A stretch of 64,000 bases of DNA from Octopus sinensis (Eukaryota). The translations under genes and the position numbers were made by a program. Shown here in pieces: positions 12,536 through 27,127 of this stretch. The notes below the pieces were generated by a model, which had not been told where the DNA came from, searched no databases, and was given only the letters and a program-made list of their open reading frames with translations. Every line of letters begins with the position of its first letter. The stretch's first letter is position 1. The stretch spans positions 76,508,001-76,572,000 of the forward strand of contig NC_042998.1 in the NCBI RefSeq assembly GCF_006345805.1, in the 5' to 3' direction.

Positions 12536-13243
12536 TCTTCGTATCCGTTTTCATCACTTCTCTCTTTTGCCATTTTATAATTTCCGCTCCACACCAAAGT
12601 AATGCTATCGCCTACGTATTAACTGCTTGGATTTTATTCCATCCGGTCAATTTTGAGCGCAGCACCAACCTTAGTCTTCGGAAATATTTCATCTGCAGTT
12701 GCTCTTTCATTTCCTTTTCCATTACCTCGTTGAACTCTTGTATACCAAGGTATTTGTCTCCTTTCGTGTCAATTTGTTTTATCAGGTCTCGATTTAGTGA
12801 TTGTATCTCTCCTAGAGATTGTATCTTGCCTCTTTTTAGGAAGATTATTCCGCACTTCTTGAGTCCAAATCCCATTCTAATATCAGTACTATAACAGTGG
12901 ACCGTGTTCACCAAGGAACTCACTTATGTCTCATCCTGGCCATACAATTTCAAATCATCCCGGAAGAGGAGGTTGTTGATTGGGATTTTCCCTTTAGTTG
13001 CTACTCCAGACTCATTTTCATATGTGCCAAGGTCAGGGGTATCATGCAGAGAACAAAAAGCAACGAAGATAATCTATCGCCCTGGGAAATCCCTCTCCTG
13101 ATACCCAAGATGCCCAAGCTTTTCCCGTAAGATGTCAGTTCAGTTTTTCATCCCACCATACTTCTCTTCAGAAAACATGTTACATTCCTCGCAGTTCCAA
13201 ACAGATCTAAGAACTCGATGATCCACAAATGCGGAATGATATA
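12536..13243 (-). mobile_element. R4/Dong-clade LINE reverse transcriptase fragment
   Basis: IPHLWIIEFL, RRGISQGDRLSSLLFVLCMIPLT, DDLKLYG, DIRMGFGLKKCG, KYLGIQE, NKIQAVNT. Confidence 0.85.
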
Positions 13244-13245
13244 AG

Positions 13246-13412
13246 CTTCTTCTTCTTCTTCTTCTTCTTCTTCTTCTTCTTCTTCTTCTTCTTCTTCTTC
13301 TTCTTCTTCTTCTTCTTCTTCTTCTTCTTCTTCTTCTTCTTCTTCTTCTTCTTCTTCTTCTTCTTCTTCTTCTTCTTCTTCTTCTTCTTCTTCTTCTTCT
13401 TCTTCTTCTTCT
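13246..13412. repeat. Pure (TTC)n tract of about 55 units
   Basis: Read directly. Confidence 0.95.
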
Positions 13413-15023
13413 TTAATACAGTTTGATTTGGCCCTGTTGAAATTTAAGTTTCGGAAGCTTCTTAGAGAAACCTAGCCCATCGGGCTCAGGTAGCATACAC
13501 ACGCACGCACGCACACGCACACACACACACGCACACACACACATACATACGCACACACACACACACACACACATACACACACACACACAACAAACACACT
13601 TGTATCGACTGATTTATCCATTTCTTCACCAGTTTAATCCATGAGCTACAATACGTTTTCAAGCATCATTATAGATTACTTCTCTGTCTATGTGTCTGGC
13701 TGTATATCTATCTGTATATCATGGACACAGCATAGCCGAATAATTTATAAGTTCGCTTCATAATAACGAGATAACAGCTAGAACCTACTGTATGGTATCA
13801 TGATTAAGTGCCGTTTACTATAGTTTTGTGTCGATCCAAGCATTATGGATAGAATTGGGTGGCTGAATTGACGGAGACGTGCCGAAAAGTGTCGGACGAA
13901 TTGAACCAGCAGTCTTGAACACACTGTTATCAGTGACTCTACTTGAGAATTACATTAAGGGTACATATATTTGGTAAATATTCAGCCACTTACTCGCTAA
14001 TTCTATGAGTAGGTGGATCAGTTGATCAAATAATTGAATACTCATCATTGAACTGAATGGAGAGCCAATGAGTTTAAATGTCTTACCTCTCTATCCATCT
14101 ATGGATAATCTATAACACACCTCTATAACTAGCTCCTATATACCGATTAGAGTCCTTATCAAGCAGACCTATGGCTTATACATTCCAATACTGACCATTT
14201 TGTCATGTTAAGGGCATGTATTACTATATTGTCTATGTTCTAAGACACTAGATTGTAATTTGAGAAAGATCTAGTTGCCATTTCTAGCAGGTCACTCGAA
14301 TGTGTAGGGGCGCCCACATTGGCGTATGACAAACATGTCATCACACTATAGACCAATCAAATAATTACATCCCAGACTATCTCTCTCTCTCTCTCTCCAA
14401 TAAGACATGTTATTAATTCATCTTCCGGAATAACTGTATGGCTTTACACAAGGAAGGTTAATGTGTAAGAATGTTATATACTATATTTCTTAGCTTGTCA
14501 ACACTTTAGCACCATAAAATTTATATAGATTTTTTTCTTTCAGCAAGAGATATATCAATTATTTATAACAACTATTTACAAACATGTTGTAGCTAAAAAC
14601 CATCACACACCTCGGTATGTACACAAATACATGGCTATATATATATATATATATAAATATATATTAATACACACACACACACATATATATATATATACAC
14701 ACATATAAATATACAAACTTGTGTGTATGTGTATACGTATCCGTGTGTGAGTCTCTGGCTGACTTCATATTGAAATTATAAAATTTGTATATTTCGCGCT
14801 ATAAAAATCTAATGGTTGCATATTTGCTATGAATAATGCATACTGTTAATGGTATGTAAACATTACTGTGTGTCTCAATTGTTTCAATATGAATTATATA
14901 TATATATATATTCGTACGTACATATATGTATGTGAGTGTGCGTGTACATTTATATATTTTTATATGGACTGGATTAGTTGGATTATTATACGCATGATTG
15001 TATATGCATATGTGTATGTGTAA

Positions 15024-15094
<71 letters not shown>

Positions 15095-15361
15095 TATATA
15101 TATATACACACACATACATACATATATGTACATATATATATATGCGCGCGCGTGCATACATATATGTACGCATCACAATCACTCGCCTATAAATGCATTT
15201 CATATCCCTCTCGTCTATATCCATCCAACCTTCCTCTCTATTTTTGTATATACATATAGACGTTCATACATATACATACACATACATACATAAGTACTAT
15301 GTATGTATGTATGTATGTAAGTATGTATGTATGTATGTATGTATGTATGTATGTATGTATG

Positions 15362-15392
<31 letters not shown>

Positions 15393-17364
15393 GTATGTAT
15401 GTATGTATGTATGTATGTATGTATGTATGTATGTATGTATGAATGTATGTTCGAATGTACGTATGTTGGAATATAATTATCGTTATATTCTTCGTATAAA
15501 TATAAACATAATATGTGTTTCTGTTTATTTGTAAGTATTAATTATGATGTAACTATTGAGAAATTTGGAAACAATGTTTTTCTTTCTTTTTTCCCTTTAT
15601 ATATCTTATTATTATTGTAATATTTAAAATGGACAGAAACCACTTCTCCAACTTGTAAAAAAAAGTCTTAAGAAAAAAGATTCAGAAGCTAGAAAGAAAT
15701 AAAAATCGTGTTGATTGATTATTTAAAATAATGCAAACGGAAACTGTTTTCCTTACACACAAACATATACGGATGCACAGATACACACGCTATCTTATAC
15801 ACAACCACATACTGCTATACACCTTGATACAAAAACTGACACATGTCCGAACGCTTGGACACTCACACACACACGCACGCACATCAGACAGCATTGAAAC
15901 CTTCTCAGGCTCAAAGATTATTATTTAAGATTTGCACAAGCTGACGATGTGGGCTCTATGATGAATCTCGACCTGCTGGAAGTAGGAGTCAAATTTCTCT
16001 CTAAAGTCATGATTTATCATCTTAAAAGAGAGAAAAATGAATAATTAAGGTAAAATATCTGAAAAGATGAAACCGGTATGTTCTTGATAATAGATATTCA
16101 TTTATATACATTATCATCCTGTACAGCCAATCCGAAGCTTTCTCCGAACACTCCAATAACAGATGTGTGTAAGAATCAATATTATGTTTTTTTTATTTGA
16201 CGGACATATCATTAGAGATTTTCATGAAGAATGTAGCAAATAGAATGTAGCAAGATAAAGTTAACCTCTCTGTCTGACTCTACTAGTGGATCGGTTGTTG
16301 CATATTCATGTGCATTTGTGCATTTCAATATATGCATTTGAAATGAGTACCAGTGATTGGGTATTTTGAATCTATTCAGATATTTCCGAGCTTAGGAACA
16401 TAAGCGGCTGAATTAGGCTGACCTCTTTTATCCGCAGTAAGTTTATGCATACTGCAAGCAATGAATGTTTTTAAGCGTCTAATTCTCTGTTGTGCATGTT
16501 ATAGTATGTGCGATGGATACGTGTTCAGATGTATGGGTATAAAGCGCATTTATGTGTTTAGGGGTATACATGTGTGAACAAAGAAGAAAAAAACAAACGT
16601 AAAGTCACACACACATACACATACGCATACGAACACACACACGCACACATATTCACGTGCTCACACACACACACAGACACCCACAGACATTATAAGATTA
16701 AAATTCGCAAGATTATGTGCATATGTATATATGGGACCCCTGATAAGTACTACCGTTCCGGGTCAGAATCAATCTAGGTAAAATGGTAATTAAGGGGTGA
16801 TTTAACGATCCCTACAACCCCAGAACACCACAGGATGCAGCTTGATGTCACATCCAGGACACATCTATGGGTTAAATAGATTTCCTGGGGGTAGAGGAAG
16901 CTCCTGTTATTTTTGACAAAGCTATGGAGAATGCTAGGAGAAGGATATTGTGACATAAGACTTACCAGTCATTTTGCAATACTTGTTATGGGACCTACTC
17001 CGGAAAAAGTGGCAAAAGTATTATACAAGCTTTTGTCGCTTAAATCCAGTGACACACAGATACCTCTCTATCATCTAATTTCTTAATCTGTTTTGTATTT
17101 TATCAATTTCTAAGGCGATGGATATGCGTGCACTTGTAAAGGATGAAAGTAGAACAGCACAATCAGGCTGAATGTAAGACGGCTATCATCTGACATGATG
17201 AGACAATCCTCCGCCTCCTCCTCCTCCTCTATATGTATGTGTGTGTGTGTGTGTGAGAGAGAGGGAGAGAGAGAGAGAGAGTGTAGCAAACAAAAACAAT
17301 TGAAAACAATTGAATAGTTCAAAACATCACTATACGCATTTTAATGGCGTATTTAATTACTCCG

Positions 17365-17693
17365 GGATCCGGGATCCCCTTCGGTCACGACACTGACCAT
17401 GGGATTGCACCTAGAAAGTTACACTCCTAGTCACAAGTCTGGGCATGGTTGTTTATGGAAGACCAGCAGTCGCCCATGCATACCGGCCTCCCCTCTCCAC
17501 GCCACCAGTGTTATCCAAGGGAAAGGCAAAGGCCGATACAGCTTGGCACTCATGACGTCGCAACTCATTTCTACAGCTGAGTGAACTGGAGCAACGTGAA
17601 ATAAAGTGTCTTGCTCAAGAACACAACACGCAGCCCGGTCCGGGATTCGAGCTCACAACCTCACGATCGTAAGCTCGACGCTCTAACCACTGA
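17365..17693 (-). mobile_element. tRNA-derived SINE, family D (CORE-like body, RTE-like tail)
   Basis: Minus strand CAGTGGTTAGAGCG...CTCGAATCCC (A/B boxes), then ttgtgttcttgagcaagacacttta; related heads at 26060-26220 and 39745-39877. Confidence 0.75.
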
Positions 17694-18129
17694 TTAATTA
17701 CTAATCTAAGTCAATTGCAGAACACATTTGATAACATTTCATAAATTTGCACTGGTACGCAACCACACCATTTCATCACGTGATATTTTACCATTTTTGG
17801 CGAAATACAGTGTATTTAGAAGGGGAGAGATATACAAACAGAATGAAATTGTTATTTTCGAAGCAGGAAAGGTATATTAAAGTTTACGACCAGTCAAACA
17901 GCATGATCCCAAAGGCAACTGAAGTGAGTAATGTACGCGTATTACTGTTATCAAAATCAGTAACTATCAGAAAACAAAGTCTTTGTTTGAGCCACTCCTG
18001 GCAGCAAAATTCCTAGTCATATGAATGACATCAGTGGTAAAGCATATTTTATTCTTAGGGGAGTAGAATGTTGCGCCAATAGACATTACATAAAATAGAA
18101 ATAAAACATGACAGCTCGGCGGGCAAAAT

Positions 18130-18245
18130 AGAAAAAAAACGTTGCTTCCGAGCACGGCGAGGGAGATGCGCTGGAACAGCCACTCCAACTCACGAGGATC
18201 GCACGTGCGGATAGCCATCTCTGCTCCGGTAGCAGTGAGCAGGAG
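18130..18245 (-). mobile_element. CRE-clade non-LTR retrotransposon C-terminal fragment
   Basis: RTCDPRELEWLFQRISLAVLGSN resembles the CRE terminus GDPRE..WLFQR.S.A..RGN. Confidence 0.7.
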
Positions 18246-19107
18246 TGTAGTCTTGGGGAGGGTGGGGCTGCAAGAGCACAAGTTCGATCACAAATCTGTC
18301 AGAGAGTGTCCGATATGTTGACTTTATATGTTGGAATTTACTACTAAGTGATTTTTTGATGTTCAGTTAATATCTAGTAGTAAATGAAACTGTTATCTTC
18401 AAAGCTTGTCAATCGACCATTTCAAATTGACTGAGGTTTCGAGTGTAACGCTAGACAAAGTAGAACGCGTCGATTCTTAGGATAATTGATAGGAAATATG
18501 GCTTGCATTTGTAAGCGATATATACAAAATAAATCGCATGTACACATACAGTCATGCTAAATAATATGTACTTACTAAGGAGTGTATCGGATTTAACTAT
18601 TAAAATATATCTCAAAAGATACATAATACAATTATGAAATAGTACGCAAGACGGTGTAATTTTTGGGGAGTTGGGTGTAAATTTGATTTAGAATGTAGAG
18701 TTTAGAATATTTAGAAAAATAATGAGGTATATTATTTTAAAAGAAGTAACCATATGCAATAATAGATTTAATCAAGAAGATCGTCGAAGTTGATGATCTG
18801 GAGAAAAAGTGAGAGTTAGCGCTATTTTTGATAAAATGAAAGAGTAACTTAGAAGAGTGACAGCTATCACTTAAAACTGATCTATACTGTGTAAAGTTGG
18901 GCGCTAAAGAATGAATAAAAATAAACAGAAAGAAATATGAATTTGCAGACATTTGCCAACAGGTAAGACTTAAGGCTATGAAAAAATAATTTCTATCAAA
19001 ATTAAAGAGAAATGTATAATTGTCTAAGTTACAATTATTATTATTAATAATATTATTATTAATGCTATTATCATGATTACATTTTATTGCTAATATCTGT
19101 ATTTTTG

Positions 19108-19109
<2 letters not shown>

Positions 19110-19179
<70 letters not shown>
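19110..19179. repeat. (TTA)n tract at the 3' end of the Dong-type element
   Basis: Read directly. Confidence 0.95.
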
Positions 19180-19182
<3 letters not shown>

Positions 19183-22100
19183 TCAGAGAGCAGTGTATGC
19201 CATCAAAGTGACACTGGGTAAAATATACGAAGCTCCAGTATACCCATCACGACAACCCATCTGATGGCACCAGGCGCATGCATCACAACCATCTGTGCGC
19301 GATGTGGTGAAATAATATCAAGATAAACAGCACAGGACCTTGCACAGGACCTTGGCAACAAGTATTGTTTTAGTCTTGAGGTTCCATATTTTGCCAATTT
19401 CTATTTCAAGATCTTTATATTTGCTCAGTTTTTGGTGGGACTTGATTGGGAATGGGACATATCGATGAGGAGGCACGATTTTTGCATTTATCTTTCTGCC
19501 AGTTTGAACGGTGAAGTTCCAAAAGAGTGAGATGTGGTTATGTTCAAGCACTGGCGGTGGTTTATGTTCCCACTAGTTTTTATCATGGAGCAGGTCCAAG
19601 TCTTTACAAATTATGCAGTGAATATACTGTGTTGTTCTATCGTGCATGTTGAGATATTCTGTTGGCGCAAGAAGACTGCACATGGAGACATGGTCGATGG
19701 TTTCATTTTGTTGTTTATATACACGACATGTTGAGCTACTGCCGTTCTTTAAGATGTTGGCCTGGTAGTTTCTTGTAGATAGGCATTGATCTTGGTTTGC
19801 TATGATAAACCCTTCTATATCTGATTTTAAGCCACAAGACACAAACCATTAATGGGTAGGTCTTTGTCTATATCAGCATTATTAGCTCTCTTTGGGTATT
19901 TGCCATAGAAAGGTTTTCTTGCCATGTATCAATAAGAATATCTAATACAGCAGTTTTAGCTAGGGTTTTCATACGCTTAGCCTTTTCTGTGCTTGTTTCT
20001 AATACATCTAATTCTGAGATTTGTTGTATTTGGAATTCGCTTAGATATTCCTTTGCCTGTTTTATTACTGAGTATGATGTTTTCTTGTTTTCGTGCTTTG
20101 AGACATATTTTAGCATTCAGCCATTAGAGTTTTCCAGGTAAGTGTTTAGGACAATTGTGCCAGTCTTTATTGTTAATTCCAGTTGTAAAAGTCAACGGCC
20201 ACCCTTCTTTTCTTGGGCGAGTAAAGTGGTTCTATATCTGCCTTAGGGTGGTGCATTCTATTTATTGTCAACAATTTTTGAATTTTTCTGTCAAGATTAC
20301 AGACTTCAGTAATTGACCAGTTAATAATATTGAAGCTGTAAGTCCCGACCGGTATGGCTACAGTATCGATCGCTCCGTCTTGAGTATTGCTCTTACCCTG
20401 CAATAACATTCTTTTCTGATCTTTTCTCTCATCATTGAATGTTTGATTCAATCACCTTCAAATACCCTTAGGTATTTGTAGCTTTCCGCTGGTTCTAACT
20501 TCTTTATAACATTCTGTTGATCAAGATTAACGTTGGATGTTTCTATAATTTTTCCTCTGATAATGGTAGTTTTTCCATCCTGATGTCATCACTGAACTGT
20601 TTAACATTTGCAAGCAAGCCATGTAGCTGTTGGTCATTTTTTGCAAAGAGCTTTAAATCATCAATGTAAAAGAGATCATTTATATATTTATCAAAAATTT
20701 TATAAGCATATTGAACACCATCGAGCAATTTCGAAAGAGGATTGACGCTAGACAAAAGAGAAGTGGTGATAGAGAGTCACCCTAGAAAATGCCACATACA
20801 ATTCTTACACCTCTAGCATTGAAAGATTCATTGTTACTATTCAAAGTCGGGGTGATTTTTCATGGTCTCATGCTTACAGATAAGTTTTGCAGAGTAGGTG
20901 CTATTTTGTAAATTTCCAAATATTTCTTAATACATGGCTGTACACTATCAAAAGCTTTTTTATAATCTATCTAGGCTATTGATAAGTTCTTGTGTTGTTT
21001 GTGGAAGTCTTCCAAACTCAACTTATTGATGACTAGCTGATCTTTACAACCATAGGACCCGTCTTTACATCCTTTTTCCTCATTAGGGTTGATGCTACTT
21101 TCTATTAAAAAGTTATTGTATTCAGTCAAGGCAGATGTTATTTATACATTGTTGTTAAGTAGGTTATGGGTCTATAGTTTTTTGGTTCATTTGTTTCTTC
21201 ATTTTTCGGAAGTAGAAATGTAACACCATTGACTAGCCAAGAGGGAAGCGTACTAGGTTGCTGCAAAACATTGTTGTAAAGTTTTGTTAGCAGTTCATGG
21301 CTAATCAGAAGTTAGGAATTTTATCCTTTCCTGGAGACTTCCATTTGCTTGACTTCCTGGGAGCAGATCTTACATCCTCTACCTTGATACCCTCCCATAT
21401 TTTATCTTCTAAGGGGACTAATTCTATAGATATTCTTTATATCAATCCAAAGCGCCTTTTTATTGTGCGGTTTTTCTTCTGTCCAAATTTTATTCCAAAT
21501 TTCCTGCACTTCTTTTGATGGGACAGACGTTATTGTAACTGGTATTTTCCCTAACTTCCCGTAAAAAGTTTTTGGGTTACTTTTAAGCATGTTGTCCTTG
21601 AAAAATCTAGCGCGCTTTTCATATTGTGCTATGCGGGCAGCTTTAGCAGATACTTTTTGTTCGATAGTTTCTAAGGTGGTATCGATGGTAAGTATGGTTT
21701 TCATATAATTTTCTTTAAATTTCGAATTTTCTTATCAGACTTAACGTTTTTTAAACATTCTATGTCAGACCTAAGTAACTGGAATTGTTGTTGGATACAC
21801 TCTTGTTAAATAGGTTTTTTGTGGAATGTTGTCGTTTTCTAATCTTTTCACCACACAAAACCGTCGAGATTTTAGCGCATGCATAGTACAGGTGGTTGAG
21901 ATCTGTAATATGAACATCATTAGCTGAAATTATATGTTTACGTGCAAGGTGGAGTTAACCAATTACTTTCAGGTTTTAGTTAGAGTTGCACATTTTTGGG
22001 AGAGTGTCACGTTCAATCACACTGGTTTCTTTAATTTTCAGCCATTCAATCATGATCCGGGTCAATTTCTGTGTGGCTTTCATCATCTATTTGATTTTCA

Positions 22101-22312
22101 TCTTTCTTTATATTTATGACTGGTTCAGAAAGTATTCCATTTTGCTTATCAGTCACATTGACACTTTCTATCGTTACTGCACTTTCATCAGACCTGCGTT
22201 GATCTGTAATTATTTCCTCTGTAGTATCTTTTTTAGATGCATCTTCGTTCCTTTTATCCCTTACCGATTGTTTAATTTGGTCAATCTCTAATTCAGTTAG
22301 TAATTTCATTAT
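19180..22312 (-). mobile_element. Long decayed R4/Dong-clade LINE (RT, CCHC knuckle, RLE, 3' UTR)
   Basis: NYRPITYLTT, DYKKAFDSV, GDSLSPLL, FYIDDLKLFAKND, YKYLRV, EGFIIANQDQCLSTRNY, ETIDHVSMCS, KLSKYKDLEIEI; many stops and frameshifts. Confidence 0.9.
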
Positions 22313-22321
22313 TTCATTATT

Positions 22322-22480
22322 ATTATTACCTCCGCCTTAGCGAAGGCAGAGGAATTGTTTTCAGTCGTGTTTGTTTGTTTGATTGATCGAAAGAAATTTT
22401 CAGAGTTGTTCGTCCTCGTGACTAGCACGAACTGATTAGATTATGGGATCGATTCGGTACCGGACAAGGATTCTGGATTA
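22322..22480 (+). mobile_element. Helentron/HINE (DINE-1-like) non-autonomous 5' fragment
   Basis: attattacctccgcc-ttagcgaa-ggcagagg hairpin followed by a gtttgtttg microsatellite, the typical HINE layout. Confidence 0.55.
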
Positions 22481-22784
22481 TTTGTTATATTCACTTTACT
22501 TTACATGAAGTATTACGATCTTACGTCCACTTTCAAGTCTTTCTCTGATTATTTCCCTTGAAAGCACGCTCATGGTTTCCACTAAGCTATGGTAGCGTTG
22601 CTGTTTCCAAAGTTTTATTTTCGTTTCTCTATTATTAATTTTACTCGCATTTCTACCTTGGTAGTCACTGATGGATAAAGAAAACAAACTGCATAAACAT
22701 ACGGCAATAAAACCGTTCAGAAATTAAATAATACTAATATATTCAGTAACAATAATCAATTTAATTTATCCTCGACAATCTTCC

Positions 22785-23612
22785 TGCATGGGTGGTAAGC
22801 CAGGGATTATTCTTAGATAATTTTCAGTTCCTTTTTTGGTCATTCCTAGTGCTCCTACAACCGTCTTGAGATGCTACATTTTCTCGATTTCAATCAGTAG
22901 AATTTTATACTTTCTGAGTTTATCAAATTCTTTTGCTGAGATATTATAATCACAAGGTATGCTCATATCAATCAATAAACAGATTTTATTGTTTTGGTCT
23001 TTCACAACAATATCTGGTTTATTGGCATTGATGGTCCGGTCTTTATGGACTGGAAAATCTCCTTTAGTTACAGCTTCAGGGTGGTGCTTGTACCATTTGT
23101 CAGCAGTTTTGATTTTATAATAATGCCAACATATCAAGTGTAGATATTGACAAGCTCTGTCGTGTCTAGACTTATATTCTACTGGTACTTAAACCTTACA
23201 CCCAGAGAATAGGTGGTCCATGTTTGAATTTCATCGTTGCAGTATTTGCACTTTAGGTCCACTCCATTTTTCATTACGTTGACTTGGTAGTTCCGGGTCA
23301 ATACGCTCTGATTTTGAGCAGCCAAGATAAAGCCTTCGCTCTCTGCCTTTAGCCCTTTGCTTCGTAGTCGCTGACGGATGTGCTTCTGGTCTACATCAGC
23401 TTCTTTGTTACGGGCCACATATTTGCCATGCAGAGGTTTTTGTTCAAACGCAATTGTTCAAACGCATTTTGCTTTGCTATTGATTTCACTTTCTTTGTAA
23501 CAACAGTTGTCGTACTTCCATCATGCATGAACTCACCTGAAAGATTTTTGCTCTCCTTCATGACAGTATGAAGCTTCTTACATTTCTCAGGGTTTTTAAC
23601 GAGTTTTAGCAT
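22785..23612 (-). mobile_element. R4/Dong-type LINE 3' fragment, subfamily 2, copy 1
   Basis: LKAESEGFILAAQNQSVLTRNY, CKYCND, DRTINANKPDIVV...LIDMSIPCD...KLRKY (PD-D RLE). Confidence 0.85.
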
Positions 23613-23982
23613 AATTACATATCAGGAACATTAAATATATAAAATTAATATTGTTAATATTATATAATAGGGTTAATAATTATTCTATTAACTTTATTAC
23701 TGAAACAACATCCAATTACAATAATACTCTGACAAAATAATCGTATCGGTACGAAGTGTAAGAAAGTTGTTTTTTAATCTTGTGGGGGACATATACATAA
23801 TTCCTCAAATTTATTAATAAGTTTTTCTCATATCGCATGATTACAAGGATTTTCATACAATATAATGAACATCCGCTGTCACAACACGAGTATGGTATAG
23901 CGTTTCATACGATAAAATAATTCAGTATTCAATACCTAGTGTTATTAGTTGCAGTTTTCAAAACCTAGTGTTTTTTCCACAG

Positions 23983-24027
23983 ATTTACGCCGAACATGTT
24001 GAATTGACCGCATCCTCTCTTATAAAG
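23983..24027 (+). other. Candidate 45-nt internal exon (IYAEHVELTASSLIK in phase 0)
   Basis: ttttttccacag acceptor and AAG|gtaagt donor; length divisible by 3; only one frame open; non-repetitive context. Confidence 0.4.
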
Positions 24028-24250
24028 GTAAGTAAGTGGCTATGTTATCTAGATTTGAAAATAGTCGCCATGATGTCTTTACATAAAGACTAAATTAGAA
24101 GTAGTTACGGAGCATTTGTAAACACTAATATAAATTAGACATTTATTATCCAACGGACAATCAGTTGGTCTTTTAAAATTACACATTTTGTTAGTTATTG
24201 GTAGTATATTAGGAGGGTGGATGTTACTAGTATACTTACCGCAGATACTC

Positions 24251-24355
<105 letters not shown>

Positions 24356-26486
24356 TACTACTACTACTATAAATTAAATTATTATCATTACTTTTATTAA
24401 TATTTTCATACTGATATTCTGTATATTCAAATTATAACTACTTTTAAAGTCGTTGCTAAAATAATAATTAATATCAATTATAATGTTGGATCTATCTTGA
24501 TTGCCTGTGAAAGGTTAGAGGTTAATAGGGATTGCTTTTGCTAGCGACCGAGTCAAAACTGCGAACATTATTATCGACATTTCGATTTACAGAGTAAATA
24601 CCACCCCTGCCATCCAGGGACGTTACCATTGTTTATGTTATCAATAGACTGTGAAAAATTCACATTCAAAGGAATGATGCTAATAATGTTGCGATGTTCC
24701 AACTTATCCTTACCGCTGTAAATATTCATTTCCTGTTTGTTGGAGCAGGATTTAGAAAGAGGAATAGAAACTCTATTTTTGTGCATATTACATACACGCG
24801 CGTGTGCGCACACACACATATATTCATACACATACACACACACTCATATATATATATATGCATGTAGAAATGTATGTACCTGTGTTTGGCTGAGAGAGAA
24901 GAGACATTCAAAGGCACACGTTCACGCACACAGCAAAAACACTTGCAAACAAGAAATACCCATAACTAATAAACAAACTTTGAAAGCTATAAAATATATT
25001 AATTATGTGACATTGTTTAAGTCATTTATTCATTTCTTTTTAACTGCTAGTATTATTTCATAAATGTTCAAGGCGGTGGATTTTCAGACGCGTTAGAGTA
25101 TGGCTCAAGAATTCTTACCGTTCTTCTAGCTGTCTATGTTGTGAGCTGAACTCCCCATCGCGGTAAATATTGTCTTTTATTACCAGAGTCGATAAAACAG
25201 AACTCCATTAGAATACTGAGTTTGATGTAAATGACTAGTAATCTCATTTAAAATCTTGATGGCGTTGTATCTAATTTCGAAACAACGAGTTCGTAAGTGA
25301 TAGAATTGTTAGAGAATCATTCAATAAATTTTCTTACGGTATTAGTTCCACATTTTAGCATTACTAGTTCAAACTCGTCCATGGTCAACTTCGCTTTTCG
25401 TCCTTCTAACATCGGGAAATATAATACTAGCCAAGTACTGGACTTGGTACAATCCTCCATATCTGGTCTCGTATCCAAGTAAGTGATTCATATATCATGG
25501 AAGTTAAAGCGGGAAAATTCTCTACACGACACCCATCCCCGGTTCTATCTCTAATTTTTTTCCTTCACCTCGTTTCTATTCTCTATACAGTATAGAAAAT
25601 ATAGACACGCGCGCGTACCGTACACTCACCCACTACGCACACCACCCGCGCACACTACCCGCGCACACCTCCTGCGCACACCTCCAATGTACAGAGAAAC
25701 ACACTGATATACGCAACTCATACAAATGTATACACATTTGTACCTGTTATCATAATAAGCTATTCTTATCATAAACGCTAATTATTGGGACATCTGCTCG
25801 CACACAAAACGCCATTATTTTTTATGTCATACCTTTCTGAACAGTAACGGTTATTTTAATGCACCTGTTACTACTTACCTGAATATTTGATGGCGTGTGT
25901 GACAAAATAGTATCTATAACTCGGGAAGAATAAATACAACATCGTATCTAGGGTCAATGCACCGATTTATCAACAAATTTCTTTTCTCTCCGATAACATC
26001 CCCATATGAACAAATAGAGGTTCACATACATAAATATGTATGTATGTATATACGATGCATATGTGGTCCAGTGGCTTAGGTGCTGCACTCACAATTGTAA
26101 AATCGTGTCTTCGATTCCCAGATGGAGATGCAATGTGTTCTTGAGCAAAACACTTTATTTCACGTTGCTCCAGCCTTCTCACCTGTAAATGATAACCTTG
26201 CGATGGACTGGAGTGGTGTTAAGGAGAGTACTGGCCAACGTACACACTCATAAATAATCTCAAATGCATAAATAGGCATGCATACATGTATATACACGCA
26301 TTTAATAACTCACTAAGTACGCGCACACACACACACACACATACACACACACATACACACACACATACACACACACACACACACTACACACACACACACG
26401 AACACACACACAAACACACTCACACATACACACACTCACACATACACACACACATACACACACACACAAAACACACACACACACAC

Positions 26487-26567
<81 letters not shown>

Positions 26568-27127
26568 CTCACACACACACACACACATACACACATATAC
26601 ACAGATGCAGACGACACACAACACGACACGCTGATAAGCACACCGCAAACATCCATACACTCACATACCCATCTCAGTATGTGGTACATCCAAATACATG
26701 CATGCATGCTTACACACATACACACCAACCCACTTTCCAGTATTTTTTCACAAACACGCATACGAGCAAACTTAAGCAAAAATCACGCAGAATAACAGTA
26801 TAGAACTATACCAGCATCTCGATACGCGCTTGTGCGCGAACACACACACACGCGCGTGCGCACGTGCAGACACATACGCACACGCGTGCAGATACGCACT
26901 CTCACGTAGACACGCTCACACACTCACATACTGACAAACACGTGTGAGACACACGCACACGTACAGGCTAGGCGTATACGTACACGTGCGCACGTACCCA
27001 TAGACACGCGCACACCAACATCATTGACCAGAAAACTAATAGCATGTAAAAGCCAAAACAAACCTCATATTCATACATGTACGCGCACATATTAACATAC
27101 TAACTTAGCAATATACCGTAACACATA

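Noticed and set aside
25879-25913. Possible 35-nt minus-strand exon with CAG|gtaagt donor
   Set aside because: Not frame-preserving, weak acceptor, no supporting partner exon
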